Part shown: in pieces, positions 13,890-28,091 of the stretch
How the letters are laid out: each line of letters begins with the position of its first letter
How positions within the stretch are numbered: position 1 is the first letter of the stretch
Origin: Eledone cirrhosa
Taxonomy: Eukaryota
DNA: 64,000 bases
Direction of reading: 5' to 3'
NCBI GenBank assembly: GCA_964016885.1
Contig: OZ024744.1
Location: forward strand, 101,928,001 to 101,992,000
Made by a program: the position numbers and the translations under genes
Notes under the pieces: model-generated
What the model was told of the DNA's origin: nothing
Database searches by the model: none
The model's input: the letters and a program-made list of their open reading frames with translations, nothing else

Positions 13890-16800
13890 GTGGGGACATA
13901 GAAATAGTCGGGCTGGATACCCGAACGCGCAGTTAAACCACTGGGAGTGAAGAACCCCTAGCTCTTGTCAGGACATTCTTCTAGGAGAAGGCAACTCAGG
14001 AAACTGGGTTAACTCCGACATAAAACCTACAGCTCAGTAGTTACCAATGATATTGATCTTTTCTTCTTTTCAGAGAGTGGGATTGGCTCAGTGCACAGTC
14101 TTTCCTCACTTTAAAAATATTCTTCACGCACAGGCATTGCATGATTGCATTAATTAATAATTATTAAAGAAAGCATTAATTAATAATTATTAATAGTCTA
14201 TTATTATTATTATTATTGTCGAGGTTTACTTTGCCTTTCATTCTTACGGGGTCGATAAAATAAAGTACCAGTAATGCACTGAGTAATTGCTGGCCTTGTG
14301 CCTAAAGTAGAAACAATTATTATTGCTACTATTATTATTATTTTTTTTTTTTTCTTTTCCCAATTCAATGATGTTCCAAAACAATATAAAAGAGATAATT
14401 GGCAATAAGGGTTCTGGCACAAAAGAGATAATTGGCAATAGAGGTAGGGGCCCCAGGTTATCACAGCCTGGGCCCGCTCGTCATCGTGCCACTGTAATAG
14501 AGACAAACAAGGCATTTAGTCTTGGCTGCTGGAATGTACGGACGTTGCTTGACAGGGATTCCTTGGAGCGTCCTGAACGAAGGACCGCTCTTGTTGCAAA
14601 GGAGCTTCGACGTTACGATCTTGACATCATAGCTTTATCTGAGACGAGAGGCTGGGGTAGCATTTGCTGTTAAGACTGCTCTTGTGGATAAATTAGAAGA
14701 ATTCCCAGTGGGGATTTCCCAGTGGGGATTAGTGAGCGTCTTATGTCCATGAGAATTCCGCTGGACAAAGGAAGATATGCGACCCTGGTGAGTGTGTATG
14801 CTCCAACTAGGAATTCTGTCGATGAATAAAAAGTGTCCTTTTACCATGCCTTGAAAGGTGTTTTAAGAAATATCCCTCAGGCAGATAAAGTCGTTGTGCT
14901 TGGTGACTTTAATGCTAGAGTGGGTAGGGATTTTAACACATGGAATGGGGTGGGAAAGTATAACAACAATGGTATGCTCCTGCTGCAGATGTGTGAGGAG
15001 CTGGATCTGTGTGATACCAACACGATGTTCCAACAAAAGAACAAATTTAAGACTACATGGATTCATCCTGCATCTAAGGAATGGCATCTTTTGGACTACG
15101 CTCTTGTCAGGATGCGTGACAGACGGGATGTGCAGTGTGTTCGTGCTCTTCATGGAGCTGAGTGTTGGACGGACCACCGCCTGGCACGCGCAAAAGTGAA
15201 ACTAATCACTAAACGTAAAATCCGGGCTCCTGGTGTTACCCTACCCAAAAGACTGAATGCTGTTCGTCTTAGGGATAAAAACGTGAAGAGGACATTGCGA
15301 GAAGAGATGCAGGTTGCAGATCTTAGTGAGGATTGGCCGACCCTTGAAAAGTCGGTTTATGATGTAGGCAGGCGTGTTCCGGGATTTGTGCAGAGAAAAC
15401 ATCAAGACTGGTTTAATGAGAATGATGAACATATAGAAGACTTGTTGGCTGATAAGAGGCGTGCTCTGTCACACTACTTGGCAGCAAAACCACAGGAGAA
15501 GAATATGTTGCATAAGGAACTCAAGGATGTGAAATCACGTGTTAGGCGGAGTCTTTCTCAGATGAAGGATCAGTGATGGAGTGAGAAGGCTGGTGAGATA
15601 CAAACTGCGTCAGATTCCAATAACACAAAGCTTTTGTACAGTCTCTTACGTGAAGTTTATGAACTGTCTTCTTCGCTGGTGACAAGGCTTCTCAGCAAGG
15701 ATGGCAAAGGACTTCTTCGTGGCTCACAAGGAATTCTACGTAGGTGGCGAGAGCACTTTCATGAACTTTGAATCAGCCGTCTGTCATCAATGAAGATTTC
15801 CTCAATCACATTCCAGGAAATCCTGTGAAAGTAGGTCTCGCAGAACCTCCAATGCTTGTGGACGTTGCAGTGGCTATCTCGAAGCTGAATAGTGGAAGGT
15901 CTCCAGGTATGGATGGCATACATGCAGAGCTCTTACAATATGGTGGTGAGAGACTTCTACAACATCTTCACTCTTTGTTTGGCAGGATATGGGCTAATGA
16001 ATCCGTACCTGAGGACTAGAGAGATGCAGTAATGGTGGTCTTATACAAGGGAAAGAGTAACAGGAATGATTGTAGGAACTACAGAGGTATATCATTGCTT
16101 TCTGTCGTAGGGAAAGTTTTATGTAGGGTGCTTCTGGACCGTCTGCTGACACACATTGCAGATTGTGTTCTTCCTGAAAGTCAATCTGGATTTCGTGTTG
16201 GACGCGGCACTACTGATATGATCTTCTCAGCTAGACAGCTCCAAGAGAAGTGCATGAAACAAGGTTTGGATCTGTATCAGGTTTTTGTTGATCTAACAAA
16301 AGCTTTCGACACTGTTAACAGAAATGTATTATGGAAGGTTCTCCAGAAACTTGGTTGCCCTGATAAATTCCTTGCTTTGATTAGGTCTTTCCATGACGAC
16401 ATGAAGGCTTGGGTTAATGTCGGAGGTAAAATGTTGGAGCCTATCTCAGTAAAAAATGGAGTGAAACAGGGGGATATTCCAGCACCGACCCTGTTTGTCA
16501 TATACTTTGCAATGGTTTTCTATATTGCATTCAGGAATTGCGAGCATGGTGTTTACATCCGATATCAAACCTCAGGCAGCATATTTAACATCAGATGCTT
16601 TGCTGCAAAAACAAAAGTATTTACAACAATCATAAGAGACCTCTTGTAGATGATTGCGATCGTGTAGCGCACACAGAGAGTGATATGCAGCACATTTTGA
16701 ATGCATTTTCTGATGCTTGCACTGCCCTAGGATTGACTGTCAGTCTCAAGAAAACCGTCGTCATGTACCAACCTGCCCCTGGTAGGCAGTACAGTGAACC

Positions 16801-17662
16801 AAATATCTTTGTGTATGGTAAACGACTTGGAGTGGTTGATCAGTTTGTCTACCTGGGAAGCACTGTCAATCGATACAGCAACCTTGATAATGAAATCCCA
16901 CTCAGGATTAGGAAAGCAAGTGATGCTTTCGGAAAGCTAGAAAGACGACTTTGGGGTCAGCGAAACATATGCAAGAAGACAATGATAAAGGTGTACAAGG
17001 CATGTGTGCTCTCTTCTCTTCTTTATGCCTGCGAGACCTGGGTCACATATCGACTCCAACTTAAGCAATTGGAGTGTTTCCATCAGATGTCTCTCAGATG
17101 GATCCATGGCATTCACTGGAGAGACCACATCAGTGATGTCGAGATTTTGGAAAGCTCTGTGTGATAGTATAGAAGCTCTTGTGCTTAAACAATGGTCACC
17201 TTGCCAGGATGAAGGATTCTAGAATACACAAACAACTCTTTTGTGGAAAGTTAGTTAAAGGAAAACGACCTCCACATAAACCAAAAAAGAGGTATAAGGA
17301 TTCGTTGAAAGCCTCTTTGAAAGACGCTAACATCTCTGCTGATACATGGGAAAATGTTGCTGCTGATCATAATAAATGGAGAAAGATTGTATATGAGGGG
17401 AAAGTTGCCTTTCAGGCATCTCGAACCGCATACGAGAAAGTAAAGCGGGATGTCAGGAAAAGCATTGCTGTTGCACTTCCAGACGGCGAGGGTCCTCCTA
17501 TGGCGCTGACATGCAGCGTCTATGCGAGACTGCCTAAGCAAAGCTGGACTCGAAAGTCATCTTTGCAGTCATAAAGTAAGACCAGTGGTTGACTACCAGG
17601 CTGCTGTTGGAGATGCTACTCGTGAAATGGCCATACTCGATAACGAGAGGGCAGCCATCATG
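13890..17662 (+). mobile_element. Near full-length RTE (BovB-like) LINE, APE endonuclease plus RT, disrupted
   Basis: GCWNVRTL, LSETR, LGDFNARVG, WTDH (APE); YRGISLL, FVDLTKAFDTV, GVKQGD, LLYACETW (RT); ends in ACTCGATAACGAG hairpin plus (ATGT)n. Confidence 0.93.
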
Positions 17663-17912
17663 TATGTATGTATGTGTGTATATATGTATGTATGTATGTG
17701 TGTGTGTGTATGTATATGTGTGTGTGTATGAATGTATGTGTGTGTATGTATGTATGTATGTGTATATGTATGTATATGTGTATGTATGTATATATATATA
17801 TATGTATGTGTGTGTGTATGTATGTATGTATGTGTATATGTATGTATGTATATGTGTATGTATGTATATATATATATGTATGTATGTGTATATGTATATA
17901 TCTATGTATGTG

Positions 17913-17944
<32 letters not shown>

Positions 17945-18039
17945 TGTATGTATGTATGTATGTATGTATGTATGTATGTATGTATGGTTGTACATATGTA
18001 TGTATATATATATATATATGTACGTGTATATGAGTCAAA

Positions 18040-18810
18040 GCATAGTTCTTGTGCTTAAGCAAAGACTTCGATGGAGTGGACACCTTGCCATGATTAAGGA
18101 TTCTAGAATACCGAAACAACTCTTTTAGGGAGAGTTAGTCAAAGGAAAACGACCTCCACATAAACCAAAAAGAGGTACCGTATAAGGATCCATTGAAAAC
18201 CTCTTTGAAAGACCCTAACATCTCTGCTGATACATGGAAAAGCATAGCTGCTGATCGTAATAAACGGAGAAAGACTGTATATGAGGGGAAAGTTGCTTTT
18301 GAGGCATCTCGAATCGTATACGAGAAAGTAAAAAGGGATGTGAGGAAAGGCATTGCTGTTGCATTTCCAGAGATCGAAGGTCCTCCTATGGTGCTGACAT
18401 GCAGTGTTTGTGCAAGGGTCTGCCTCAGCAAAGCTGGACTCAAAAGTCATCTTCGCAGTCATAAAGTGAGACCAGTGGTTGGCTACCAGGCTGCTGTTGG
18501 AGATGCTACTCATCATACCTGCCAAGCATGTGGAAGAGAGTGCAGGAGGGCTCAAACGACATGCAAAAGTATATGAAATCCAACCACAGCTGGCTACTGC
18601 TAATGAATGTTTTCATTGCCAACTCTGTGCAAGACATTTTAGATCACTGGCTGGGCTAAAAAGCCACATTTGATCGCAGCACCGTTAATAATTAACATAT
18701 ATAGACATATATGTTAATTATTAACGGTGCTGCGATCAAATGTGGCTTTTTAGTTTCTTTTCCTGCAATTACCATACTCGATAACGAGGAGGCAGCCATC
18801 ATGTATGTAT
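18040..18810 (+). mobile_element. Second 3' fragment of the same RTE, with C-terminal C2H2-like zinc fingers
   Basis: Repeats ~17170-17620. Encodes CSVCARVCLSKAGLKSHLRSH and CQLCARHFRSLAGLKSHI. Same 3' hairpin. Confidence 0.88.
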
Positions 18811-21070
18811 GTTCTTCTGATTTTATAATTTTATAAATTTTTACCAATAGAGAGAGGATCAGTTTCTAACATATTTACAAGACTCTCTCATTGGAATTTA
18901 AACATCAACTAGGTAGATATGTATGCATGTCTGCATGTATGTGCAGGTATGGATGTTATTGTATGTGTGGATGTGGATGTGTTGAGTTGTATGAGTGCAT
19001 GTGCATATGCTTTGTATTTATACATGTGTATATGCAGTTATTAGATGCAGAATTTTTTGGAATGTTTTACATATTTTTACTGTTCCATTAATGGATTGTA
19101 CTTGTAATTTCCTAACTAGTTGTGTTCTTTCTATTTCTGTGAAGCCGAGCTTCTCAATATTTGTATTGAGGCAGTTACTAACATACCCCAGTTCATATTA
19201 TATACGTATATGTATTCCACATTGCTGTAACTTTTAATGTCTTTATTGTGAGGGCTATCTTTTCTACAGATTGCATTGTACAGTGTTTTGGCCACTACAT
19301 CATGCCTCATAGGTAGATAGTACCGCGATGACATCTTTGGACAGCTGCTTATGACATGGGTGACATCTTCGATGTTAATGCTGCAGAGTCTGCACTTGTT
19401 GTCACATCTAGGTGTTTTGCCTGCATCCCTATCTCTTTTGTGAATCAGGTATTTCGTGTTGATTTCCTGTTCTTGGATAGCAAAAGTGTATCCTTCAAAG
19501 TGGGAGCCAATATAGCGGTTGTTGGTCCAAGATAGACTACTTTCTTTATCTATATTACTCTCACTCTGGAGCTTCCTGGCAACATATCCACGCATGATTT
19601 TTTGCTGATAAACATGTAGTTTTTCATCTATGGATTCACTGCAGGGCAATTTCTCTGGGTGTGAGTTTTTGATTATCATGCAGGGAGTATCTTTCAAGGA
19701 GTTCCTTCCCAACTCTCATGATCTTATCTGGCTCATGCAGATAGAGTTGTTCAATAGACGGGCTCCTATGTTTGGAGGTTTGAAAATGTTGTCGGAGGGA
19801 TATGATGTAACATTCAAATGCTGTCTGGTCTGATGTTAGGCCTCTGCCTCCTTGCTTACGTTTCAAGTAAAGGTGGTCTATGTCACCGTTATGTGGAAGT
19901 TTCTGGTGTTGTTTAGTATTTTTCGAGTTCTAACATCAATTGCTCAGATTTCATTTATCGTCCAATCGAGTATTCGAAACGTTGGTGTTAGGACAGGCAC
20001 AGCAAACACATTGTGAGCCACTGTTTTATTGTGCGCAGAGATTTCAGATGACCATATTTTTCTTAATCAGGAGTAATATTCCCTGGTTACACATACTTTG
20101 TTACAAATTCCATCATAGGATATATTCTCATTTATTTCTAAGTATCTGTAGCAATCCTCATAGGATATCGGTGAAACAGTTAGGCCATTGATAAAAATGT
20201 TGCTAAATGGGGTTGTAGTTTTTCCCCGCTTTATAATCATATATGAGCATTTATCTTGGCCAAACTCCATTCCTATATCCTTTGAGAATGTTGTAACCAG
20301 GGCAAGATTTTTCTTCATCCCATCTATGTTCTTGGCATAGAGTTTCAGGTCATCCACAAAGAAATTATGGGTTAAGTTTGTATTTCTGTCCTCCTGTGAG
20401 CATGTAAGATTTCATTATTTGGTTTAATTTTATTTATTATTGTTGTTTTATTATGTCCAGCAAGAAAAATGTTTATATATGAATTAATTTCTCTCTAGAA
20501 GATTTTGTTGAGGGAAAATTTCAATTGTTTATACTTTTGATTATTATTATCAATAATGTTTTCCACAACAGTCGAGGTAGACTCAGATGGTACACGTTGT
20601 GTCAAATTTCTTCCTGGCATATTTGTTTGAAGAACTGTTTGACCTGGCTGCTAGGAAGTCTAGTAGCATGGTGGCCTGTAGCACGTGTTGTTGATTCCAT
20701 GTTTGTTCTGGAGGTCTTACAATTAATAATATTTATCTTATTTTTACGTTCAACAAATGTCGCTTGTTGGCGTAATTGTTTGGTTGTGAAGTGATTTAGC
20801 TCTGGATGTATTTCATCCCAGTACAGCTTCATTCATATAGACAACGGAGGGATTTTTTGATTTTTTTTGTCATTTTATAACAATTAAATAAATCATCATT
20901 AAATTCGCAACTCCAAGAGAGATGTGATTTATAATTTCAGTTTCTTCTGTAGCTACAACTGAATAAATTTTGTTTACCTTTCTCATTGATTTTCTCACTG
21001 GTTTTCTTTGGTAAATTGTTTTTGTTCCTTGTGTTTGGTAAATTGTTGTTGATATTGTGTCCGGCCATGC
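18811..21070 (-). mobile_element. R4/Dong-type non-LTR retrotransposon (RLE endonuclease), internally deleted
   Basis: DDLKLY, CRLC...HVISSC...RHDVV; N-terminal piece YWDEIHPELNHFTTKQLRQQA; 3' end abuts (TATG)n. Confidence 0.85.
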
Positions 21071-22889
21071 TGTTTGTATGTATGTGTGTATGTGTGTGTG
21101 TGTATGTATGTATGTTTTTCTGGTTTTATAATTTAACAAATGTTTTACCAATAGAGAGAGAGAGTCGGTTTCTAACATAGACACAAGACTCTCTCATTGG
21201 AATTTACACAACATCAACTAGGTAGATTATGTATGTATGCATGTGTAGATATGGATGTTATTGTATGTGTGGATGTGTATGTTTTGAGTTGTATGTGTGC
21301 ATGTGTATATGCTTTGTATCTGTACATGTGTATATGCAGTTATTAGATGCAACATTTTTGGAATGTTTTACATATTTTTACTGTTCCGTTAATGGATTGT
21401 ACTTGTAATTTCCTAACTAGTTGTGTTCTTTCTGTTCCTGTGAAGCCGAGCTTCTCAAGATTTGTATTGAGGCAGTTACTAACATACCCCAATAATCACA
21501 GGCATAAATCTGAAGGTGTAATCGGGGTGGAGTATCTGCAGATTTCTCATCAGTTCTGCATAAATATTCTCCTTTTCGCTAATTTTTGATATTATATTGG
21601 CATCTGCTGGGCAGCTAATTTCCACTACTGTGCATGCTTTCTTTTCCCTGTCCCATATCATAATATCTGGTCTGTTATGCCTGCACTTTATTGGGGGTTT
21701 TACTGGAACATTCCACCAGTACTCTTTCATATTATGTATATGTATATTTTCCACATTTCTGTAGCTTTTAATGTGTTTATAACGAAATACTGGTTTGTAT
21801 GAATATAACATGAGACGTGGTTTGTGTGTATAATATTTAATTAACAATTTGTGGATATATAGAACAATATGAACAGTATAGAACATGTCAATGGATAGAT
21901 GAAAGAATGAAGCAAAGTTATTAGTTACCGTTTTGGTTGCCAGGCGAACGCGCCTGGCCGAAGGCCAGGAGCCGAAAAGGCAAATGAGTGAAAGGGAGTT
22001 GAAAGTTATTCGTTTTATAGGGTTCTGCGGGAAGTGATAAAAAGGGTTCTATCACCCCAACGGGAAGCAACCCCAGTTACTTCCTTCTAGAGAGCGTTAC
22101 TCTATTGGTGATGTGAGTGTCACAACAAGGGAGGCAACTCCTACTACATTATCTCCCGCCAGATTTTTAAAATATAAAAATCGAATGAAATATGTATGTA
22201 GTAAGTTGGCGAGAATGTTGTAACAAGCATGAAAATTACGAAAAAAAATAATGTTTGCAAAAATCAATGATAGATATCAAGGTAGCCAACCGCTCTTGGC
22301 CAGAGAACGACTGGACATCTATCTATCCATCACCCAAAGATACAATGTAATCAAAGTAAGAGAAGAGCTCAAAGTTCAAATGTTCAAAATACAGTTCACA
22401 GGTGTGCAATCACATGACAGCAGGAAAGAAAGTGTGTTCCAGAGAATGAATGCAGGTGGTTTCTGTTCTGTGGTATAACGTGAAATTTCCAACCTCCGAA
22501 TGGATTTTCTCACAGGAAGAGTGCTGCAAAAATAAATTCTCTGGCTTGTTCTGCTGGTTTTGGTTGTTGATGAAGCTATGTTGCTGTTGATGTTGTTGTC
22601 TCGCGGAGTGAGCGTATTCGATGTTTAAATTCACAGTAAAAAATTTTTTTTTTTTGGAAAAAATGAGTTGCGCAAAGTGCTAGAAATAACAGCCGAAGTT
22701 TATGGTCGATGTTGAGAATGCGTTGACCTGGAAGGGTCAAGAGGCCAGCGACCAAAGAAATAAGCATTCTCAATAAATGCGCAGTTTTCAACGGCAAATT
22801 TACGGGATAAATTTTTAAGCCGGCAAATAGGAGAATATAGCTTAAGGCTGGAGAATCCTTGGCGAGAAACGTTATCTCATGGCGTGTGG

Positions 22890-23057
22890 ATTGGCAGTAT
22901 CGGTAGAGGGTCAGACACCATGCTTTCCAGCATAGTTACGTCCCTTTACGATCTGAGTTCAAATCCCGCCGAGGTTGACTTTGCCTTACGGGGTCGATAA
23001 AATAAAGTACCAGTAATGCACTGGGTAATTGCTGGCCTTGTGCCTAGAGTAGAAACA
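22890..23057 (+). mobile_element. tRNA-derived SINE with target-site duplication
   Basis: A-box-like TGGCAGTATCGG and B-box GAGTTCAAATCCC; GTTATCTCATGGCGTGTGG is duplicated at 22871-89 and 23058-76. Confidence 0.88.
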
Positions 23058-23811
23058 GTTATCTCATGGCGTGTGGCTATCTCAGTGAATCGAGAATTGT
23101 GCAGCCTACACGTGCCAATACAAGGTTAAGTTGAAAAAAAATATTTCTATTGCGCGAGAAAATGGCGCGAAAATGATAGTGCAACAGGTCGTTGGCAACC
23201 ATTTTGAAAAAATGTGTGTGTGAAAGTGACAATGATGAAAAAGAAAGAAAGGCTTCACTTAGTATAACAAATATGGCGAGTTCAATTTTTTTTTTTTTTT
23301 CGTGAACTTTGAAAAAAACTTGAACGATGAAGAAAACGATTAAAAAAAGCAATAGGAAGAAAGAAAGAATTGTTTCTTTTCTTTTAACTAAAAGTTCGCT
23401 TTTCTTTTCTTTGAAATTTCTTTGGGATCGCTCTTACTAGGGAGCTAGTAGAGTTGTTGTTGTTGTTAAAGCAAAGTCACAATGAATCTTCTGTAGAGTA
23501 GAAGTCGAGCGTTGAAGAACCTAGAGTCACCAATATGGCAGCCACGTCTCACGCCATAATGGTGAGAAGACTAATGTCTTAATTTCTCGAGTCCTTGTGG
23601 TAACGAGACAGAAGGTATGGTGGTTGCGTCGGTAAAGTTACAAGCCATTCCCTGGTGTTGGTTAATAGTTAGCCATGTGTTGCTGCTGATGGCTGGTACT
23701 TGGTGGTAGCCGTTTTGAAATTTCCACGTGGCGTAAATTTTTTTTTTTTTTATACATACACTGCCAATTTTAATTTTATTTCAAAAGGAATATTTTGAAC
23801 TGAAAATATTC

Positions 23812-23829
23812 ATCACGTCGGGGTCACCA
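23812..23829 (-). promoter_or_regulatory. Primer-binding site for tRNA-Trp
   Basis: The minus strand reads TGGTGACCCCGACGTGAT 2 nt inside the 5' LTR, complementary to the tRNA-Trp 3' end. Confidence 0.92.
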
Positions 23830-26666
23830 CTTATAACGAAATACTGGTTTGTATGAATATAACATGAGACGTGGTTTGTGTGTATAATATTTAATTAACA
23901 ATTTGTGGATATATAGAACAGTATTGACATGTCAATGAATAGATGAAAGAATGAAGCAAAGTTATTAGTTACCGTTTTGGTTGCCAGGCGAACGCGCCTG
24001 GCCGAAGACGGCTGGCCGAAGGCCAGGAGCCGAAAAGGCAAATGAGAGAAAGGGAGTTGAAAGTTATTCGTTTTATAGGGTTCTGCCGGAAGTGATAAAA
24101 AGGGTTCTATCACCCAAACGGGAAGCAACTCCAGCTACTTCCTGCCTAGAGAGCGTTACTCTATTGGTGATGTGAGTGTCACAACAAGGGAGGCAACTCC
24201 TGCTACATGTTTATTATCAGGCTATCTTTTTTATGGATTGCATTGTACAGTGTTTTGGCCACTACATCATGCCTCATAGGTAGATAGTACCGCGATGACA
24301 TCTTTGGACAGCTGCTAATGACATGGGTGATATCCTCGATGTTAGTTCTGCAGTCTGCACTTGTTATCACATCTAGGTGTTTTGCCTGCATCCCTATCTC
24401 TTTTGTGAATCAGGTATTTCGTGTTAATCTCCTGTTCTTGGATTGCAAAAGCATATTCTTCAAATTGGGAACCAATATAGCGGTTGTTGGTCCAATATAG
24501 ACTACTTTCCTTATCTATATTACTCTCATTCTGGAGCTTCCTGGCAACATATCCATGCATGATTTGTTGCTGATAGGCATGCAGTTTTTCATCCATGGAT
24601 TCACTGCGATACTGCTGAGCGACTTCCCTGGGTGTGAGTTTTTGATTATCACACTGGGAATATCTCTCGAGGAGTTCTTTCCCAACTCTCATGATCTTAT
24701 CTGTTTAATGCAGATAGACTTGCTCGAGACACGGGCTCCTACGCTTCGAGGTTTGTAGATGTTGTCGGAGGGATATGATGCGACATTCAAATGCTGTCTG
24801 GACTGATGTTAGGTCTCTGCCTCCCTGCTTATGTTTCAAGTAAAGGTCGTGTATGTCACTGTTGATGTGGAAGTTTTCGGTGTTGTTTAGTATTTTTCGA
24901 GTTCCAACATCAACTGTTCGGATTTCGTCTATCGTCCAATTGAGTATTCCAAACGTTGGTGTTAGGACAGGCACAGCAAACACATTGTGAGCCACTGTTT
25001 TGTTTTGCGCAGAGAGTTCCGATGACCATATCTTTCTTAATCGAGTATAATATTCCCTGGTTACGCGTTCCTTATTACATATACCATTATAGGATATGTT
25101 CTCATCTATTCCCAAGTATCTTTAGCAGTCCTCATCAGATATCGGTGAAACAGTTAGGCCATTGATGACAATGTTGCTAGATTGGGTTGTTGTTTTTCCC
25201 AGCTTTACAGTCATGTATGAGCATTTATCTTGGCCAAACTCCATTCCTATATCCTTTGAGAACGTTGTAACCCGGTCAAGATTTTTCTTCATCCCATTCA
25301 TGTTCTTGGCTTAGAGTTTCAGATCATCCACAAAGAAATTATGGGTTAAGTTCGTATTTCTGTCCTCCTGTGAGCCAATGATGTATCTTTCACATTTCTT
25401 GAGCAGAAAGGACAAGGGGTTTAATGACAGGATGAATAATATCACAGAGAGACTGTCTCCCTGAAATATACCCCTGCGATATTTTATTTTATCAGTGAAA
25501 ATAGAGTCCTCCCTTTCTGTCTTTAACCTTAGGATAGTAGCCCAAGAAGAAGACAGCCTCTCTATGGCTCTGACAATAATGTCTGGGACTTTAGAAAGTC
25601 GGAGGGCCTCTATCATCCAAGAGTGGGGAACAGAATCGAAAGCTTTCCTGTAGTCCAGCCAGACTGTAACCATATTCCTCCTAAGTTGTTGCACCTCCAA
25701 CATCGCAGTTTTGTTGATTAGGAGTTGTTCAGCACATCCCCAAACCCCTTTCTTTCCAGCTGCTTGTTCATCTGTGATGATGTTATTATTTTCACAGTGA
25801 TCTTGGAGGAATAGGTTCAGGCAGACTGTATACATCTTATACATCAGGTTCTGGCATACAATGGGTCGGTAGTTTTTTGCCAAGTGGGTGTCTTTGTTCT
25901 TGGAGACCAGTAGTGTTTGTGCTAATGTCAACCATTCTGGTATAAGTGTATCTCCCTTAAGAACTTGTTGGTAGAGGTCAGTAAGATACCTCCGATAGAA
26001 TATCAGTTTTTTGTACCAGTAGCCGACAATCAAGTCTCTTCCTGGTGTTTTCTTATCACTTATTTACCCTCACTTATTTCGTATGTATGTGTGAATGTAT
26101 GTATATATGTGTGTATGTATGTATGTGTGTGTGTATGTATGTGTTTAAGTATGTATGTGTGTGTATGTATGTATATGTGTATGTGTATGTGTGTGTATGT
26201 ATGTGTGTGTGTGTGTATGTATGCATGCATGTATGTTTGTGTGTATGCATATATGCATATATGCATGTATGCATGTGTATATGTATGTATGTGTGTGTGT
26301 ATATGTATATGTGTATTTATGTGTGTGTATGTATGTATGTGTGTATATATGTATGCGTGTATGTATGTACCTGTAATCCTTGATGGTATGACATATGTAT
26401 CTACCTGTAATACCTAATGGTATGATAGATGCATAGAGCTGCCATACTTGATGGTATGATGTGTGTATGTATCGACATCATCATCATCATTTCAATTAAC
26501 CTCCACTTTTCCCTGCTTGCAAGGGTGGGACGGGAACTGTATGGATCTGTAATTCCAGATGGAGTCGTGGGGGGTGATGTAGTGTCATACGGTATGGGTT
26601 TTTAAAACCTGATGGAATCATCTTCTCTCCATGTCTGACCGCAGCTGATTTCCTCCAGAGAAGGAA

Positions 26667-26732
<66 letters not shown>

Positions 26733-26739
26733 TCTAAAA

Positions 26740-26900
26740 ATCAACCCCCCAGTATTAGACTGGTACAATTTTTATTAACCTCAAAATGGATGAAAGTTAA
26801 AATTGATCTCAATGGGATTTGAACTCATAGAGCAGAAAGCCAGCAGAACAGATGGCATGAAGAATTCTATCTGACATTCTAATGCCTCTGTCAATTTACT
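26740..26900 (-). mobile_element. Diverged SINE copy (another near 45025-45185)
   Basis: GGATTTGAACTC B-box and GGATGAAAG segment similar to the SINE at 22890. Confidence 0.55.
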
Positions 26901-27649
26901 GTCTTATATGTATGCGTATGCTAATACATATATATGTATGTGTCATGCTCCACCCCAGCTCCACATCATTAGCAGAGAGCTAGAATAAACAATCCATCTC
27001 ATGTTCTAACAACTCTGCCTATTTGCTGCCTGGATGATATGTTACAACTGTTCATGCAAATTTAATTTTTTATTGATAAAACTCACAGAAAAACATTTGA
27101 ATATAAATTATATTTTATTATCCTAATCAATAAGTCCAAATTCAGGTTTACGAAATCGAAAGAACTGTCATCATTGAATTGATATGATACGGTTTTTTAA
27201 ATATATATATATATTTTTTTTTTTTATTACTTGGTTGATAATGTCATGCCATTTTGAATAAGTTCACTACATAAAGGAACTATTGACCATGTATAGGACT
27301 TGTAATATCAATATTCCCAAACAATCAAATTTTCTCTCTCTCTCTCTCGTGCAATAATTGGCAGTTGATGTTTGACAATATGTTTGCTGAAAAAAGTATA
27401 AATTTTATCATCAATTGCCAACAGACATAATTTTTGCATTGCTATTTTATATGAATAAATAATTGTAATATTTTCATCTTCAGTACAGTAACATTAATAT
27501 AGTGTATGGAATTGAATTGTGTTATTTAGTTTTGTTTGTGAATAGTAAGTAGTGCTGTAGTAAATTGTAAAAAAAAAAAAAAAATGTATATTAGTTTCCT
27601 AAGCTTCCAGGTAATAATGAATAACTGAGTTTTAATTTTGTTTCACAGT

Positions 27650-28091
27650 ATTTTAGCATTTACATTATTCTATATTTACTATTGTATTTTTATGGTAAAG
27701 GCTTTATCTCATATAATTGTCATGTAATATTGAATCTATGAGATTTTGATATTATTTATTTTGAGGACAATACCTTAACATCAGTATGAGCAGCAGGTTA
27801 TGGCCAGTTTGAACAGAAAAAAAGTGAGAGAATTATGGTTGGATACAGCCGGTTTAAATGCTAAAGGGTTAAACTGGCCGTATCCAGCCAGAATTCTTTC
27901 ACCTCTTTCTGTTCAAACCGGTCATAACAGGCCACTCATACTGATGTTAAGGTATTGTTCTCAAAATAAATAACATCAAAATCTTATAAATTTGATATTA
28001 TGTGAGATATTATGTATAATAAAGCCTTTACCACATAAATACAATAGTATATATATATATAGAGAGAGTAATGTAAATGTTAAAGGGTTAA
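27650..28091. mobile_element. MITE-like inverted repeat, possibly piggyBac-derived
   Basis: ~27650-27712 is inverted versus ~28015-28085; AAAGGGTTAA ends near 27872 and 28090. Confidence 0.45.

Larger units (their letters stand above)
21778..24207 (-). mobile_element. Non-autonomous LTR retroelement, 2.43 kb
   Basis: LTRs at 21778-22148 and 23832-24207; 4-bp TSD TGTT (21774-77, 24208-11); PBS and purine-rich tract present; no gag/pol ORF. Confidence 0.92.
21114..26080 (-). mobile_element. R4/Dong-type retrotransposon interrupted by an LTR element
   Basis: RT 25311-26033 (WLDYRKAFDSVPH, GIFQGDSLS, FVDDLKL), CCHC knuckle, and RLE RPDIMIWD...VVEISCP at ~21560-21700. Confidence 0.92.

Noticed and set aside
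17534-18128. ORFs of YI, CV and MYV repeats here and at many other sites
   Set aside because: Translations of (TA)n, (TG)n and (TATG)n microsatellites.
22890-22975. tRNA gene
   Set aside because: It has only A/B-box similarity and is a SINE head with a TSD and multiple copies.
23534-23566. Apparent first exon MAATSHAIM|GTGAGA behind a CpG-rich region with E2F/YY1-like motifs
   Set aside because: It lies inside the LTR element on its antisense strand, and no downstream exons are recognisable.
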